Position numbers and translations under genes: made by a program. A DNA stretch of 57,915 nt from an uncultured virus (IMG/VR IMGVR_UViG_3300042884_001169) (taxonomy: Duplodnaviria > Heunggongvirae > Uroviricota > Caudoviricetes): IMG/VR virus record IMGVR_UViG_3300042884_001169; one strand, 5' to 3'. Below, in pieces: positions 57,064 through 57,915 of this stretch; position 1 is the stretch's first letter; each line of letters begins with the position of its first letter. The notes beneath the pieces were generated by a model. The model searched no databases and had not been told where the DNA came from. It saw nothing but the letters and a program-made list of their open reading frames with translations.

Positions 57064-57654
57064 GTGGGTATGGCTGAACAAAGTTTGACCCGAGAGTTTT
57101 TGGCTGAACGGGATCTACGCATTTTCAAGTTGCGTCAGTCTGGTGTGTCTTCAAGTGAAATCGCACGCAGATTCGGACTGTCAACATCTGCAGTGAACTC
57201 CGGAATCCGACGCCAACTAGAACGACTCAACCGAGAAGCCCTACTCGCATACCCCGAAGTACTCCGTCTAGAGTTAGAAAGACTCGACGCACTCCAACAA
57301 GCAGTCTGGCCCCTCACCCAACACCGCAAAGTCACCCTCGACGACGGAACCGAAGTCACACTCGAACCCGACCTCCGCGCAGTCCAACAAGTCCTCTCCG
57401 TCATGGACAGACGCGCCCGCCTCCTCGGAATGGAACAAACCAACATCAACGTAATGGTCGAAAACAACGAACCACAACGAGCAGCACTCGCAGGCGCAGA
57501 CACACCCGCACACATCGACGCCTTCAACCCCGAAACCGAAGCACGCCAACTCCTCGAACTCATGGGCGCCGCCGGAGTCCTCCCCCCAGAAACCGTCAAC
57601 AAAATCCTCGACACACCCGACAACATCACCGACGCAGAAATCATCGAAGAATGA
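57064..57654 (+). CDS. HTH protein resembling actinophage terminase small subunits
   Basis: SEIARRFGLS; LELERLD..W..DRRARLLG. Confidence 0.6.
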   Translation: MGMAEQSLTREFLAERDLRIFKLRQSGVSSSEIARRFGLSTSAVNSGIRRQLERLNREALLAYPEVLRLELERLDALQQAVWPLTQHRKVTLDDGTEVTLEPDLRAVQQVLSVMDRRARLLGMEQTNINVMVENNEPQRAALAGADTPAHIDAFNPETEARQLLELMGAAGVLPPETVNKILDTPDNITDAEIIEE

Positions 57655-57915
57655 ACGACAACATCGAAGCCGCCATCACACACGAAACCCAACACCTCAA
57701 CCACACCATCCAACCCAACACCGGATCCACCCCCGGCAACCCAGCAACCGCCCAAATCCTCATCCGCTGCACCGAACACGACCGCGAACGCTGGAAACAA
57801 GCAGCCGACCAACACGGCATGAACCTCTCCGAATACATCCGAGACACCCTCAACACCCGCACCCGCGAACTACTCGACTGCACCCACCCCACCGAACAAC
57901 GCCGAACCTACCCAT
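57651..57915 (+). CDS. ribbon-helix-helix-like protein, 3'-truncated by the window
   Basis: ATGA overlap; ILIRC..RERWKQAA..MNLSEYIR. Confidence 0.6.
   Translation, partial: MNDNIEAAITHETQHLNHTIQPNTGSTPGNPATAQILIRCTEHDRERWKQAADQHGMNLSEYIRDTLNTRTRELLDCTHPTEQRRTYP

Overview
Fragment of a large tailed dsDNA phage of Actinomycetota. The host call is inferred from WhiB, Rpf and DUF732-like genes and from actinobacterial LexA boxes. The left part (1-36.7 kb) carries an HK97 major capsid gene and several very large putative virion/ejected proteins. These are two HipA/PI3K-like kinases each followed by a small paralogous gene, a zincin+ART-like protein, and a 2512-aa polyprotein with 3 repeated DGDGDG leader motifs, 4 DUF3626-like domains and a DEDDh exonuclease. 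The left part also has class II RNR, WhiB, a tyrosine phosphatase + deacetylase pair, a sugar-modification operon, DUF932, SSB, tRNA-Gln and tRNA-Lys, a pyrimidine-dimer glycosylase, an endolysin, an Rpf lipoprotein, and a SNF2 helicase with an inserted HNH gene. The most striking region is 36.7-45.7 kb, an array of about 700-bp cassettes with a fixed order. Each has an AT-rich TACGGTGGCGATTTCG motif, an AGYCCCG-N16-18-CGGGGCT inverted repeat, a cluster of DnaA boxes (about 26 perfect copies in total by manual count), interdigitated LexA and CRP-type boxes, a promoter, one unrelated (often very acidic) micro-ORF and a GC hairpin. It is followed by an early-type gene region sharing one promoter family, then replication genes (primase-helicase) and a terminase-small-subunit-like HTH gene. 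All family assignments come from motif recognition by eye, not from database searches.
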